DNA from: Candidatus Eiseniibacteriota bacterium | GTDB taxonomy: Bacteria; Eisenbacteria; RBG-16-71-46 | Assembly: GCA_031370785.1 (NCBI GenBank) | Contig: JANMQY010000090.1 | Location: 1 to 64,000 of the forward strand | Direction: 5' to 3' | DNA: 64,000 nucleotides | Shown: positions 48,431 through 64,000 of the stretch, one piece after another | How positions within the stretch are numbered: position 1 is the first letter of the stretch | Layout: every line of letters begins with the position of its first letter | Notes under the pieces: model-generated | What the model saw: the letters and a program-made list of their open reading frames with translations, nothing else | The model's database searches: none | Told to the model about the DNA's origin: nothing | Program-made: the position numbers and the translations under genes

Positions 48431-49962
48431 CATGGCCGCGCGCCGCGCTGTTTTCGCTGAGCGACAAGGCCGGCGCGGCCGAGTTCGCGCGTGCGCTCGC
48501 CGCACGGGGCACGCGCATCATTGCTTCGGGCGGGACCGCGAAGCACCTTGCGGAGGCGGGCGTGAAGGTGACGCCGGTCGAGGAATGGACAGGATTCGGC
48601 GAGATGCTCGGCGGCCGCGTGAAGACGCTGCATCCGCACGTGCACGCGCCGATCCTCGCACGTCGCCGGGTTGCCGCCGACATGGAAGAGCTGAAACAGC
48701 GCAGGCTCGAGCCGATCGATCTGGTGGCGGTGACGCTCTACCCGTTCGAGTCGCGCGCGGCCTCGCTCGATGAGGCGGGCGCAGTGGAGGAGATCGACAT
48801 CGGCGGCGTCGCGCTGCTGCGCGGCGCGGCCAAGAACTTCGTCGATGTGATCGTGATCCACGAACCGGCGCGCTACGCCGAAGTGCTGGCGGCGCTCGAG
48901 AGCGCCGGCCCGACTCTGGAGCAGCGCCGCACATGGGCGATGTCCACTTTCGCCCGCACCGCGCGCTACGACGCCGCGATCGCCGCGGACCTGGGCCGGC
49001 GCGCCGCGGCCCGAGACGCTGCGCCGCCGGTGCACGTCGTCGCGCTCGAGCGCGTCCGGCCATTGCGCTACGGCGAGAACCCGCATCAGAAGGCGGCACT
49101 CTACGCCCGGGCCGGGGAAGCTGCGGCGCTCGAAGCCTGGAAGGAAGGGAAGGAGCTCTCGTACAACAATCTGCTCGACCTGGAGGCCGCGGTCCGGCTG
49201 GTCTCGGAGTTCGAAGGCCCGGCATGCGTGATCGTGAAACACTGCCAGCCGTGTGGCGCGGCAAGCGCCGCCACGCTCGGCGAGGCATACGCCGCGGCGC
49301 TGCGAACCGATGAGCTCTCGGCGTTCGGCGGGATCGTCGCGTTCAATCGGGCGCTCGACGGCGCGACCGCGACCGAAGTGGCGAAGCAGTTTGTGGAATG
49401 TGTCGCAGCACCCGAGCTCTCGAACGGGGCCGCCGCGGCTTTCGCGCACAAGAAGAACGTGCGCCTGGTACGGCTTGCCGTGGATGCACTTGCGTCGCCA
49501 GACCCCTGGTCGGTGCGGCACGTCGGCAAGTGGGCGCTGCTGCAGCGCGAGGACCCGGCTCCTCCGCCTGCGTGGCGCAGCGTGACGAAGCGGGCGCCAG
49601 GCGAAGATGAGCTGCGCGCGCTGCGCTTCGCATGGTCGGTGGTGGGCGCGGCGAGATCGAATGCGATCGCGATCGCGCGTGGCACGGCGCTGATCGGCCT
49701 CGGCTCGGGGCAGACCAGCCGGGTGGATGCGGTGGACGTCGCGCTGATGAAAGCGAAGCGCGCCGGATACGAGGTCAAAGGCGGGGCGCTCGCGAGTGAC
49801 GGTTTCTTTCCGTTCGCCGACAATATCGAGCACGCCGCGGAAGCCGGCATCACCGCGATCGCGCAGCCGGGCGGCTCGATGCGCGACGCGGAAGTAGTCG
49901 AGGCCTGCGACCGGCACCGCATCGCGATGATGTTTACCGACCGAAGGGTGTTCAGGCACTGA
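48427..49962 (+). CDS. purH: AICAR transformylase/IMP cyclohydrolase
   Basis: SLSDK, GGRVKTLHP, IDIGG, LRYGENPHQ, LSYNN, ASDGFFPF, QPGGS. Confidence 0.97.
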   Translation: MTWPRAALFSLSDKAGAAEFARALAARGTRIIASGGTAKHLAEAGVKVTPVEEWTGFGEMLGGRVKTLHPHVHAPILARRRVAADMEELKQRRLEPIDLVAVTLYPFESRAASLDEAGAVEEIDIGGVALLRGAAKNFVDVIVIHEPARYAEVLAALESAGPTLEQRRTWAMSTFARTARYDAAIAADLGRRAAARDAAPPVHVVALERVRPLRYGENPHQKAALYARAGEAAALEAWKEGKELSYNNLLDLEAAVRLVSEFEGPACVIVKHCQPCGAASAATLGEAYAAALRTDELSAFGGIVAFNRALDGATATEVAKQFVECVAAPELSNGAAAAFAHKKNVRLVRLAVDALASPDPWSVRHVGKWALLQREDPAPPPAWRSVTKRAPGEDELRALRFAWSVVGAARSNAIAIARGTALIGLGSGQTSRVDAVDVALMKAKRAGYEVKGGALASDGFFPFADNIEHAAEAGITAIAQPGGSMRDAEVVEACDRHRIAMMFTDRRVFRH

Positions 49963-49966
49963 GACC

Positions 49967-51505
49967 ATGCCCCGCGAACTCGTCCTCATCCTCGATTTTG
50001 GCTCGCAGTATACGCAGCTGATCGCGCGTCGCGTGCGCGAGCTCGGCGTGTACTCGGAGGTCGTTCCCGGCAATACGCTGATCGACGAGATCCGCGCGAA
50101 GCGTCCGAGCGCGCTGATCCTCGGCGGCTCGCCGGCGTCGGGCTATCGCGCCGAGGCGCCCATGCCCGATCCCGCCATCTACGCCCTCGGGAAACCGCTG
50201 CTCGGGATCTGCTACGGCTTTCAGGCCACGCAGCAGCTCATGGGCGGAAAGGTGGCGAAGGCCGAGCGCGCGGAATACGGAACCGCGACGTTCGTGCAGG
50301 ACGGCCGCTCGCCGCTGTTCGCCGGAGTGCCGAAGCGGTTTCGTGCGTGGATGAGTCACGGCGACGAGGTGCAGGCGCTGGGGCCGGAATGGAAGAAGCG
50401 CGCGCACACTTCCAACAGCGCGTTCGCCGCGGCCCAGCACGTGAAGCTGCCCTTCTTCCTGATCCAGTTCCACGCCGAAGTCGAGCACTCGCCTTACGGC
50501 AGGAAGGTTTTGCACAACTTCCTCTTCAGGATTGCCCGCCTCAAGGGCGGCTGGAGCATGAAGAGCTTCCTCAGGCGAGCGCTCGCCGACATCCGCGCCC
50601 AGGTGGGCGAAGGACGCATCCTGTGCGGGCTTTCCGGCGGGGTCGACAGCACCGTGGTCGCGACACTGTGTCACCGCGCGGTTGGGACACGCCTTTACTG
50701 CGTGCTGGTCGACCACGGCCTCTTGAGGGAGGGCGAGGCCGAGCAGGTGGCGCTCGAGCTGGGCGCGAAGCGCCGTCTCAACGTCACCGTGGTCAATGCG
50801 CGCGAACGATTTCTTTCCAGGCTCGCGGGTGTCGTCGACCCGGAACAGAAACGCAGGATCATTGGCGCCGAATTCATCGCGGTGTTCGAGGAAGAGGCGA
50901 AGAAGATCGGTGCGGTCGAGTTCCTCGCGCAGGGCACGCTCTATCCCGACGTGATCGAGAGCGCATCGGCGGGCTGGGGCGCGCAGGTGATCAAGACCCA
51001 TCACAACGTCGGCGGCCTGCCCGAGCGCATGAACCTGAAGCTGGTCGAGCCGCTGCGCTGGCTGTTCAAGGACGAAGTGCGCGAGCTCGGGCGCGAGCTG
51101 GGCTTGCCGGATCACCTCGTGGACCGACATCCGTTTCCGGGGCCGGGGCTCGCGGTTCGCACGCTGGGTGCGGTCGAGCCGCGCGACCTCGAGATCCTGC
51201 GCAAGGCCGACGCGATCTTCATCGAGGAGTTGCGCCGCGCGAAATGGTACGGCCGCACCTGGCAGGCGTTCGCGGTGCTGCTGCCGATTCAGACGGTCGG
51301 GGTCAAGGGCGACGAGCGCTCCTACGAAAAAGTGATCGCGCTGCGTGCGGTCAACAGCTCGGACGGCATGACCGCGGACTGGACGCGCCTGCCGGCTTCG
51401 GTGCTGGCGCGCGCGGCGAGCCGCATCGCGAATGAAGTGCGCGGCGTCAATCGCGTGGTGTACGACTGCACCAGCAAGCCGCCGGCGACCATCGAGTGGG
51501 AGTGA
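49967..51505 (+). CDS. guaA: GMP synthase
   Basis: LDFGSQYTQLIARR, GICYG, SGGVDS, IKTHHNVGGLP, KPPATIEWE. Confidence 0.98.
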   Translation: MPRELVLILDFGSQYTQLIARRVRELGVYSEVVPGNTLIDEIRAKRPSALILGGSPASGYRAEAPMPDPAIYALGKPLLGICYGFQATQQLMGGKVAKAERAEYGTATFVQDGRSPLFAGVPKRFRAWMSHGDEVQALGPEWKKRAHTSNSAFAAAQHVKLPFFLIQFHAEVEHSPYGRKVLHNFLFRIARLKGGWSMKSFLRRALADIRAQVGEGRILCGLSGGVDSTVVATLCHRAVGTRLYCVLVDHGLLREGEAEQVALELGAKRRLNVTVVNARERFLSRLAGVVDPEQKRRIIGAEFIAVFEEEAKKIGAVEFLAQGTLYPDVIESASAGWGAQVIKTHHNVGGLPERMNLKLVEPLRWLFKDEVRELGRELGLPDHLVDRHPFPGPGLAVRTLGAVEPRDLEILRKADAIFIEELRRAKWYGRTWQAFAVLLPIQTVGVKGDERSYEKVIALRAVNSSDGMTADWTRLPASVLARAASRIANEVRGVNRVVYDCTSKPPATIEWE

Positions 51506-51510
51506 GCGGG

Positions 51511-53706
51511 ATGCGCATTCACGCGTGGCTTCTGGCGATTGCGCTGGCGCTCGCGTCGGCCTCGTGTGGCGGTACCGCGAAGCGCGGGCCGGCCCCGCTC
51601 GACGCCGCTCGGGACAGCGTGAGGCTGCGCGCGATCGCCGACAGCATCCAGACACGCGGGCGCGCCTCGCTTGCTGCGCGGCGCTTCGTCACCCGGCTCG
51701 GTGCCCCGCGCGCCGACCGCGGAACCGACCATCTGTTCTGGACGCCCGAGACGCTCGAGGTCGCGCCGCGCCTTCGCGCTTGGGCGATCGCGCTCGGGCC
51801 CTCGGCGACTCCGAGCGATCAGGACAGCGCGAGAGCCTGGCGCGCACTGGTGGCGGATCCGGCGCTGCGCCCGTTCGCGCTGCTGCGCTTCGCAGCCTCG
51901 GCGCTCGCGGCGCGCGACACGATCACCGCCGACTCGCTGTGGGGCGTACTCGCCTCGGAGGATGGGATCTGGACGTGGGAGGCGCTGCGCGCGCGCAGCA
52001 ATCTCGGGCTGGCGCGCGGGGACACCGCGCGCGCCGACAGCCTGCTGCGCGACGCCGACCGCGAGTCGTGGCCCGACGTCGAGCGCGCGGCGTGGCTGAT
52101 CCGGCGCACGGTGCTGCTCACCACGCTCGGCGACACCGCCGAGGCCGCGACGTTCGCGCGCCAGGCGCTGCGCCGCTATCCGGCGATCTCGGTCACGGTG
52201 CAGGCCACCAGCGCGCTCGAGCGCATCGCCGCGGCGCGCGGGGACTCGCTCGATCCTGAGGATCAGCGCCTGGCGGCCGAGGTCGACTACTACCGCCTCG
52301 ATCGCGCGTCTGCGATGCGGCGTCTGGCGCGCGCCTTCGCCGAGTGGCGTGGCGCGGATCGCTGGCGCGTGGCGCTGCGCCTCGGCGAGGTCGCGCGGCT
52401 CGCGAAGCGTTTCCCGGATGCGCTGGCCGCGCTCGACAGCGCGCGGCGCGTCGCGCCCGACGCCGAGGCGCGCGCGCGCTGTGCGCTCGAGCGCGGGCGC
52501 GTGCTGCGCGACTCGGGCGATCCGGAGGCTTCATTCCGGGCTTACGCGCTGGCCGCGACCCTGGCGACCGATCCGGACACGCGCGAGTCGGCGGTGTGGG
52601 AGAGGGCGCGCGAGGAGGAGGAGCAGCAGCGCTGGAAACCCGCGCGAACGCATTACGCGCAGGTAATCTCGTTCGGGCAACGTCGCGCCGACGAAGCCGC
52701 GCTGCGACTCGGCGTGCTCTGGTACCGGGAGGGCCGGCGGGAGCGCGCGCTTGCGAGCTGGACGCTCGGCGATTCCGAGGCGCTGCGCTTCTGGCGTGCG
52801 ATCGCGCGACGCGCGGCGCGCCCCGACTCGACCAGCGCCGCGCTCGAGTCGATCGCGGCCCTGCCCGGCTACGGCTTCTATCGTGCGTCGGCGCGCGAGT
52901 CGCTCGGAATCCACGCCGCCGCGGCGCTGCCCGATTCCGTCGCGCCGGCCACCATCGATTCGACGACTCCGGCCGCGTTGCGCCTGGCGGCGGATCTGGT
53001 CAGCGCCGGCCTCATCGACGGCGCGCTCTCGCTTCTCCAGCGCTTCACGGCCGGCGATCGACGGCTGGCGGGCCCGGTGCCGCCGCGGCGCGATGCGCTG
53101 CTCATCGCCTCGCGGCTCGCGTACCAGTGCGGCGCGATTCCGACCGGCATTCGTCTCGCGGAGCGCGCGCTCGGCATCGCCGGCCCGGACGTCGCGGTCG
53201 CGAGACGAATCGTCCCGTGGCTCTATCCGCCCGGAATCGAGTCGATCACGGACTCGCCAGCCGACTCGTTCGCGAAGGAGGTCGAGCCCGCGCTTCTGGA
53301 AGCGGTGGCGTGGAAGGAGAGCAAGTTCGATACGACCGCGCGCTCGAGAAGCGGCGCGCGCGGAGTGGTGCAGCTGATGCCGGCGACCGCGGCGACGCTC
53401 GCGCGGCGCCTCGGGCTCGCGGTGCCGGGCGACAGCTCGCTCGGAGATCCGCGCCTCGGGCTCCGGCTCGGCGCCGCCGAGCTCGCGCTTCAGATCGCGC
53501 GCTTCAACGGAAGCGTGCCGCTCGCGCTCGCCGCGTACAACGCCGGCCCCGACGCCGCGGCGCGCTGGGGCGATGCGGCGAAGGGCGTTGGCGATGCGCT
53601 GACCTGCGAGCTGATCGCCTACCCGGAGACGCAGGATTACGTGAAGGTCATCGTCGGCCTGCGCCAGGCGTACCGCGATTTCCGGCCGAGACTGGGGCCT
53701 GAGTAG
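51511..53706 (+). CDS. Slt70-like lytic transglycosylase (TPR-like plus SLT), probable lipoprotein
   Basis: Lipobox-like ASASC; KESKF, ARGVVQLMP, ALAAYNAGP, ETQDYV. Confidence 0.88.
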   Translation: MRIHAWLLAIALALASASCGGTAKRGPAPLDAARDSVRLRAIADSIQTRGRASLAARRFVTRLGAPRADRGTDHLFWTPETLEVAPRLRAWAIALGPSATPSDQDSARAWRALVADPALRPFALLRFAASALAARDTITADSLWGVLASEDGIWTWEALRARSNLGLARGDTARADSLLRDADRESWPDVERAAWLIRRTVLLTTLGDTAEAATFARQALRRYPAISVTVQATSALERIAAARGDSLDPEDQRLAAEVDYYRLDRASAMRRLARAFAEWRGADRWRVALRLGEVARLAKRFPDALAALDSARRVAPDAEARARCALERGRVLRDSGDPEASFRAYALAATLATDPDTRESAVWERAREEEEQQRWKPARTHYAQVISFGQRRADEAALRLGVLWYREGRRERALASWTLGDSEALRFWRAIARRAARPDSTSAALESIAALPGYGFYRASARESLGIHAAAALPDSVAPATIDSTTPAALRLAADLVSAGLIDGALSLLQRFTAGDRRLAGPVPPRRDALLIASRLAYQCGAIPTGIRLAERALGIAGPDVAVARRIVPWLYPPGIESITDSPADSFAKEVEPALLEAVAWKESKFDTTARSRSGARGVVQLMPATAATLARRLGLAVPGDSSLGDPRLGLRLGAAELALQIARFNGSVPLALAAYNAGPDAAARWGDAAKGVGDALTCELIAYPETQDYVKVIVGLRQAYRDFRPRLGPE

Positions 53707-53772
53707 GATGCGGACACGCCTCCCGACCAGTCCGCGCTCCCTGCCGGCCCCCGCCCCCTATAAGATGTAGAC

Positions 53773-54426
53773 GTGCCCGCCACCAGCCCCTCGCCTCCGG
53801 ACCCGCTCAAGCCGCTTCGCTCGCGAAGCTGGCTCACCGAGGCGCGCCGCAAGGCGATCCACCTCTCGTTCATCATCCTTCCACTGGAGCTGCTGTTCGA
53901 GACCCTGCCGTGGCCGCGTGGCAAGAGCCAGTGGAGACTGGCGCTGATCGTGGCCTGCGTTGGGGCGATCACGCTCGACCTGCTGCGCATCCACGAACGG
54001 AAGGTGAAGCAGTTCTTCAAGACCTTCTTCGGCGGTCTGATCCGCGAGCACGAACACTTCGGCCTGCTCGGCTCGACCTACCTGTTGATCGCCGCCCTGC
54101 TCGCGGTCGAGATCTTTCCGCGCGAGGTCGCGGCCGCAGCAATCGGGTTCACCGTGCTCGGAGATGCGTTCGCGGCCATGGTCGGCAAGGCGTGGGGGCG
54201 GACCCCGTTCTTTCGCAAGTCACTGGAAGGCACCGCGGGCGGACTGGTGGCGTGCCTGGCGTGGGCGGCGGCGCTGGCGCTCGAGGGGCGACTGCCCTGG
54301 CACGTCGCGATCGCCGGAGCTCTTGTCGCAAGTCTGGTCGAGCTCCTGCCGATACCACTGGACGACAACCTCGGCATGACGCTGATCGCCGGGTACACCA
54401 TGAAGCTCCTGATCGCACCCTCATGA
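53773..54426 (+). CDS. CTP-dependent polyprenol/diacylglycerol kinase family membrane protein
   Basis: RKAIH, GDAFAAMVG, KSLEG, LDDN. Confidence 0.85.
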   Translation: MPATSPSPPDPLKPLRSRSWLTEARRKAIHLSFIILPLELLFETLPWPRGKSQWRLALIVACVGAITLDLLRIHERKVKQFFKTFFGGLIREHEHFGLLGSTYLLIAALLAVEIFPREVAAAAIGFTVLGDAFAAMVGKAWGRTPFFRKSLEGTAGGLVACLAWAAALALEGRLPWHVAIAGALVASLVELLPIPLDDNLGMTLIAGYTMKLLIAPS

Positions 54427-55346
54427 GCCCACGACCGATCGAACCCGAGACACCCGACCTCGAACCCGCCCTCAGCCTGTCGCGCGACGGCCGACATGCC
54501 GAGGCGCTCGACTGGCTGAGCACGCGCGCCCGCGATGCCCGCGATAGCAGTCGCTGGGTCGGCGCCGCGGTGCAGGCCTACGCGCGCGTCGCGCGTTCCG
54601 CCGCGACCGCCGGGGACGCCGAGACCGCCGAGCGCGCGCTGCGCGAGGCGCTCCGCCTCAAGCCCGGCTACGCCGATCTGCACCTGCAGCTCGCGACCGT
54701 GCTGCTCGCGCGGCAGCGCCGTCCCGATGCGCGCCGTGCGCTGGAAGCGGCGCTCAGGATCCATCCGCGCTATCTGGCGGCGCGCGTCGAGATGGCATTG
54801 CTGGATGCAAGCGAAGGGCGCATCGGCGAGGCGCTCGCCTCGCTGCATGACGTGGAGCGCGACTCCAAGATCGACGAGCCGCTCGCCTTCCAGCAGGGAA
54901 TCAAGAGCCTCGAGCGTGCCGACTGGGATGGCGCGGGCACGCTGTTCCGCCGCGCGCTGCGCGGCTCCGATCCGGAGCTCGATCGGGCACTCGATCGGTT
55001 CCGCGTGCTGCTCGCCGATGGCGCGATCGAGCGCGCCGCCCAGGTGCTCCGCGAGATCCTGCCCCAGTACCAGAGCTACCCCGACCTGCACGCCATGCTC
55101 GGGGCGGCCGAATTGCGCCTGGGGCACGCCGACGACGCCCTGGCCTCGCTCGCTCGCGCTCTCGAGCTCAATCCGGACTATCACGACGCGCGCCTTCATT
55201 TCGCGCGCGCTCTCGATGCGCTCGGCTCCCGCGGCCAGGCCAGCGAGCAGGTTCAGCTGGTTCTGCAGCGCGATCCCGAGCACGGCGCGGCGCGCGAGCT
55301 GCTCGAACACTGGTCCGCGCGGGGGCGGAGCGCGGCGAGCCGCTGA
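54423..55346 (+). CDS. TPR protein
   Basis: ALRLKPGYADLH, YPDLHAMLG, ALELNPDY. Confidence 0.85.
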   Translation: MSPRPIEPETPDLEPALSLSRDGRHAEALDWLSTRARDARDSSRWVGAAVQAYARVARSAATAGDAETAERALREALRLKPGYADLHLQLATVLLARQRRPDARRALEAALRIHPRYLAARVEMALLDASEGRIGEALASLHDVERDSKIDEPLAFQQGIKSLERADWDGAGTLFRRALRGSDPELDRALDRFRVLLADGAIERAAQVLREILPQYQSYPDLHAMLGAAELRLGHADDALASLARALELNPDYHDARLHFARALDALGSRGQASEQVQLVLQRDPEHGAARELLEHWSARGRSAASR

Positions 55347-55451
55347 ATCCCGGAGCGTATTGGCTCTTGACCGCGGGCGCGCATCGTTTCACTCTGTGGT
55401 CGTTCTCGGGCGCGATTGAAAACCCTAGGCCAATACCAGGGAGGACCATTC

Positions 55452-55652
55452 ATGGCGATTGGCACCGTCAAGTGGTTCAATGATCATCGCGGATACGGAT
55501 TCATCACGGCGGAGGGCACGGAGGTGTTCGTGCATCACTCCGCGATCGAAGGCCACGGCTTTCGCACTCTTCATGAAGGTGAACAAGTAGAGTTCGAGCT
55601 GAAGACGAGCGAGCGAGGGGCCGAGGCCGCCCACGTCACCCGTATTTCTTGA
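55452..55652 (+). CDS. Cold-shock protein
   Basis: GTVKWFN..RGYGFI and VFVHHSAI; GGGAGG RBS. Confidence 0.96.
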   Translation: MAIGTVKWFNDHRGYGFITAEGTEVFVHHSAIEGHGFRTLHEGEQVEFELKTSERGAEAAHVTRIS

Positions 55653-55672
55653 GTTCCAGTCGCCCGAGACCT

Positions 55673-55707
55673 CGCGGCCCGATGCTTCGCATCGGGCCGC
55701 GTCGTTT
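55673..55707 (+). terminator. Terminator-like hairpin after csp
   Basis: CGCGGCCCGATGC-TTC-GCATCGGGCCGCG followed by TCGTTT. Confidence 0.7.
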
Positions 55708-55809
55708 GGCATCTGATAGGTCGCTGCCGGTCCGCCCCACCCGGAGTGAACCCTTCCCGCGGCGCCCCGCCGAACCCCTGCGCTTGACACAACCTCTATC
55801 CTGAGGCCC

Positions 55810-58772
<2,963 letters not shown>

Positions 58773-58776
<4 letters not shown>

Positions 58777-59232
58777 ACGAGAGGCGAACCGACGACGCGG
58801 TGGGCCGGATCCTGCGGCTGTTTGCCGAACGGCTCGAGAGCTATCTGGACGGTGACGAGCTGGCATTCGAGACGCTGGGCGAGTGCATCGAGGAAGGCCA
58901 GTTCAGCGCGGACGACGTGCAGAGCGCTCTGTGGGTGCTGCGCGGACTCGGCAACGAGGTGGCCGGCGGCGGCGAGGCAGCGGTCGAGAATGTGCCGGGC
59001 AAGTACGCCCAGCGCGTGCTCAGCGCCGAGGAGCGAGAATCGGTGAGTCCCGAAGCCTGGGGCTACCTCATCGATCTGAACCGCCGCGGCGCGCTCAACT
59101 CGGAGCAGTACGAGCGGGTTCTGGACCTGCTGGTCGGCAGCGGCGTGCGTCCGGTGGACGTCGACCTGGCGCGTGAAGTGGCCTCGCGTGTGGCCCTCGA
59201 AGGCAACGAATCGGACCGCGGAGAGATCGTGC

Positions 59233-59258
<26 letters not shown>
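58773..59258 (+). CDS. Smg/DUF494-like protein
   Basis: RVLSAEERE...EAWGYL, ends in IH, and lies directly upstream of topA. Confidence 0.75.
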
Positions 59259-61729
<2,471 letters not shown>

Positions 61730-61737
<8 letters not shown>

Positions 61738-62620
61738 CGCGCTCGATCGCTTCCTGAGCGAGTTCGCGGCCCAGCGCCGTGGCTCGCCGCATACGATCTC
61801 TGCGTACCGCCGTGACGTGACCCGCGTACTCGACGTGTGCGCGGGAACGGGCAACCCGGTCGCACCGGAAGAATGGACGCGCGAAGTTCTCGAACGTGCG
61901 CTGCGCGACCTGTATCGCACCGGCCACAGTGCCGCGAGCGCCGCCCGTGCCCTCGCCGCGTGGCGCAGCTTCTCGAAATTCTGCGTACGCCGCGGCGTGC
62001 TGAGCGTGGATCCCGCGCGCACCCTCGCGTTTCCGCGCCTGCCGCGCCGGCTTCCGCGCACGCTGCCGGTCCACGATCTCGAGAAGGCGCTCGATGAGTT
62101 GGCCAGATCTGGCGTGGGCCCGGGCGCACCGCGCGATCGCGCGCTGCTCGAGGTGGCGTATTCGTCCGGGCTGCGCGTCAGCGAGCTGACCGGGCTCAAT
62201 CGCGGCGATGTGGATCGTGGCGCTCGCCTGCTGCGCGTGCGCGGCAAGGGCCGCCGCGAGCGCATCGTGCCGATCGGAGTCTCGGCGCTCGGGGCGCTCG
62301 ACGCCTACCTCGCCTCGGACCGGCGGACCGCGGGGCGCGGCGATGAGCCGGTGTTCCTCGGAGCGCGAGGCGTCCGGCTCTCGAACCGCACCGTGCAGCG
62401 CGTGGTGCGCCTGCGCCTCGGCCAGGTGGCGGCCGGGCTCGGGGTCACGCCGCATGCGCTGCGCCATTCGTTCGCCAGCCATCTGCTCGATCGCGGCGCG
62501 GACCTGCGCGCCATCCAGGAGCTGCTCGGCCATCGCTCGCTGACCAGCACGCAGGTGTACACGCACGTCTCGACCGCGCGCCTGCGCAAGGCCTACCAGC
62601 AGGCGCATCCGCGCGCGTGA
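61730..62620 (+). CDS. xerC: Tyrosine recombinase XerC
   Basis: GLRVSEL, GKG, HALRHSFASH, LLGH, TQVY; follows topA in core context. Confidence 0.88.
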
Positions 62621-63672
62621 ACTCCCGGCGCCGCTTCGCTCTCGTCGCTATGAGCGCGCTCGCCGCGCTCGTGTCGGCAGGCTGCGCCAAGCGCGAGCCG
62701 CCCTCCGGGGGACCGCCCGACCTCGAGCCTCCGCGGGTCATTTCCTCGTTCCCGGATTCGGGCGCGGCCGGCGTGCCGCGCGATGCCCACTTGTCGCTGA
62801 CGTTCAGCGAAGGCATGGAGCCGCGCTCCACCGGAGATGCGGTGGCGCTCGCCCCGCGGGTCGAGATCCGGCAGCGCCGCTGGAGCGGTCGAACGCTCAC
62901 CGTGGTGCTGGCGGAGCCACTCAAGGTGCCGCAGACCTACACTCTCTTCCTCGGCTCGGGCGCGACCGACCGCCACGGCAATCGCATCGAGAACGGGCGC
63001 ACCCTGGTGTTCAGCACCGCCGACAGTTTTCCGCGCGGGGTGATCGCGGGTGAGGTCGAGGCGCGGGGCTTCACCGCCGGCGGCATCTACCTGTGGTGCT
63101 ATTCGGGCGAGCGAAAGCCCGATTCGACCGCGCGCGATTTCGACGCGCTCGGCGTGACCGATGTCAACGGCCACTTCCGGGTGGCCGGGCTTCCGGTGCC
63201 CGCGCGCTATCGGGTGTGGGCGTTCGCGGATCTCAATTACAACCGCTCGTTCGAGCCGCTGATCGACGTGCTCGCACCGGTCGACACGGTGTTCGATCTG
63301 ACCGAGGCGCATCCGCAGGCGAGCAGCATTCACGTGGTCGTGGTCAATCCGCGCGCGCCTGGGAGGGTCCGGGGCGCTGTGCTAGACTCGCTCGCGGACA
63401 CTCTCGGCGTGGTGCGCGTCACCGCAGCGGCTCGATCCGACAGCACTCGCACGCTGCTGTTCGACGTCGACTCAGGCCGCCTGTTCGACCTGCTCCTCGC
63501 GCCCGGAACCTGGCGGATTCGCGCATTCCGCGACCTCGACAAGAGCCGGAGCTGGCAGAGCGCACTCGAGCCGGCGAGCGACATGCTCGAGGTGGTCGTG
63601 CCGCCGGCCGGCGACGTCGTCGGCGTGAAGCTGATGCTGAAACGCCCGCCGGGGCGAGCGGAGCATCCATGA
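62617..63672 (+). CDS. Ig-like (Big_5) domain lipoprotein
   Basis: Lipobox SAGC; CAKREPPSGGPPD; LTFSEGM; FSTA. Confidence 0.75.
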   Translation: MNSRRRFALVAMSALAALVSAGCAKREPPSGGPPDLEPPRVISSFPDSGAAGVPRDAHLSLTFSEGMEPRSTGDAVALAPRVEIRQRRWSGRTLTVVLAEPLKVPQTYTLFLGSGATDRHGNRIENGRTLVFSTADSFPRGVIAGEVEARGFTAGGIYLWCYSGERKPDSTARDFDALGVTDVNGHFRVAGLPVPARYRVWAFADLNYNRSFEPLIDVLAPVDTVFDLTEAHPQASSIHVVVVNPRAPGRVRGAVLDSLADTLGVVRVTAAARSDSTRTLLFDVDSGRLFDLLLAPGTWRIRAFRDLDKSRSWQSALEPASDMLEVVVPPAGDVVGVKLMLKRPPGRAEHP

Positions 63673-64000
63673 GCCTCACGTTCCTCAAGATGCACGGCGC
63701 CGCGAACGACTTCATCGTGATCGACCGTCGTTCGGGGCAGCCCCTCGATGCGCCCGAAGTCCTGGTGCCGCGCCTTTGCGACCGGCGTCGCGGCATCGGA
63801 GCCGACGGCGTGCTGCTGCTGGAGCGCGACCCCGAGCTGGATTTCTCGATGCTCTACTACAACTCGGACGGCAAGACCGCCGAGTTCTGCGGCAACGGCG
63901 CTCGCTGCCTGGCCCGGCTCGCGCTGGACCTGGGATTGGGGCGAGGCGGCGAGGTGCGGTTCCGCACCGCGGCGGGGGTCAAGAGCGCGCGGCGAAGTGC
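63669..64000 (+). CDS. dapF: Diaminopimelate epimerase, 3'-truncated by the window edge
   Basis: Hand translation gives MSLTFLKMHGAANDF...CDRRRGIGADG...NSDGKTAEFCGNGARC. Confidence 0.95.
   Translation, partial: MSLTFLKMHGAANDFIVIDRRSGQPLDAPEVLVPRLCDRRRGIGADGVLLLERDPELDFSMLYYNSDGKTAEFCGNGARCLARLALDLGLGRGGEVRFRTAAGVKSARRS

Overview
High-GC bacterial chromosomal window. A PorV/PorQ-type barrel and a SecA with a long insertion suggest an FCB-related lineage such as Ca. Eisenbacteria (inference only). The region 17.2-64 kb is mostly core genome: tRNA-Ala, cstA, HD-GYP plus MshEN-PilB, GAF-PP2C, trpS-scpA-scpB-rluB, glgD/glgC, mltD, comEC, purN/purC/purH/guaA, slt, csp, secA-smg-topA-xerC-dapF. 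The region 1-17.2 kb is accessory. Its main feature is a 13,773-bp element between an intact tRNA-Leu(CAA) (17111-17199, minus) and a duplicated 3' half of that tRNA (3338-3394), whose identity stops exactly at the anticodon loop. The element has no integrase. It carries a membrane two-component system, a complete coupled glutamate-to-heme operon (hemA-C-D-B-L-E-N-Y-H plus doxX) and two decayed gene remnants at its edges. An AGCACA-N5-AGCACA motif lies on both sides of the crossover, like integrase arm sites. A ~100-bp arm carrying this motif is repeated at about 86% identity behind both tRNA copies, which suggests a tandem array of related integrase-free cassettes continuing leftwards out of the window.
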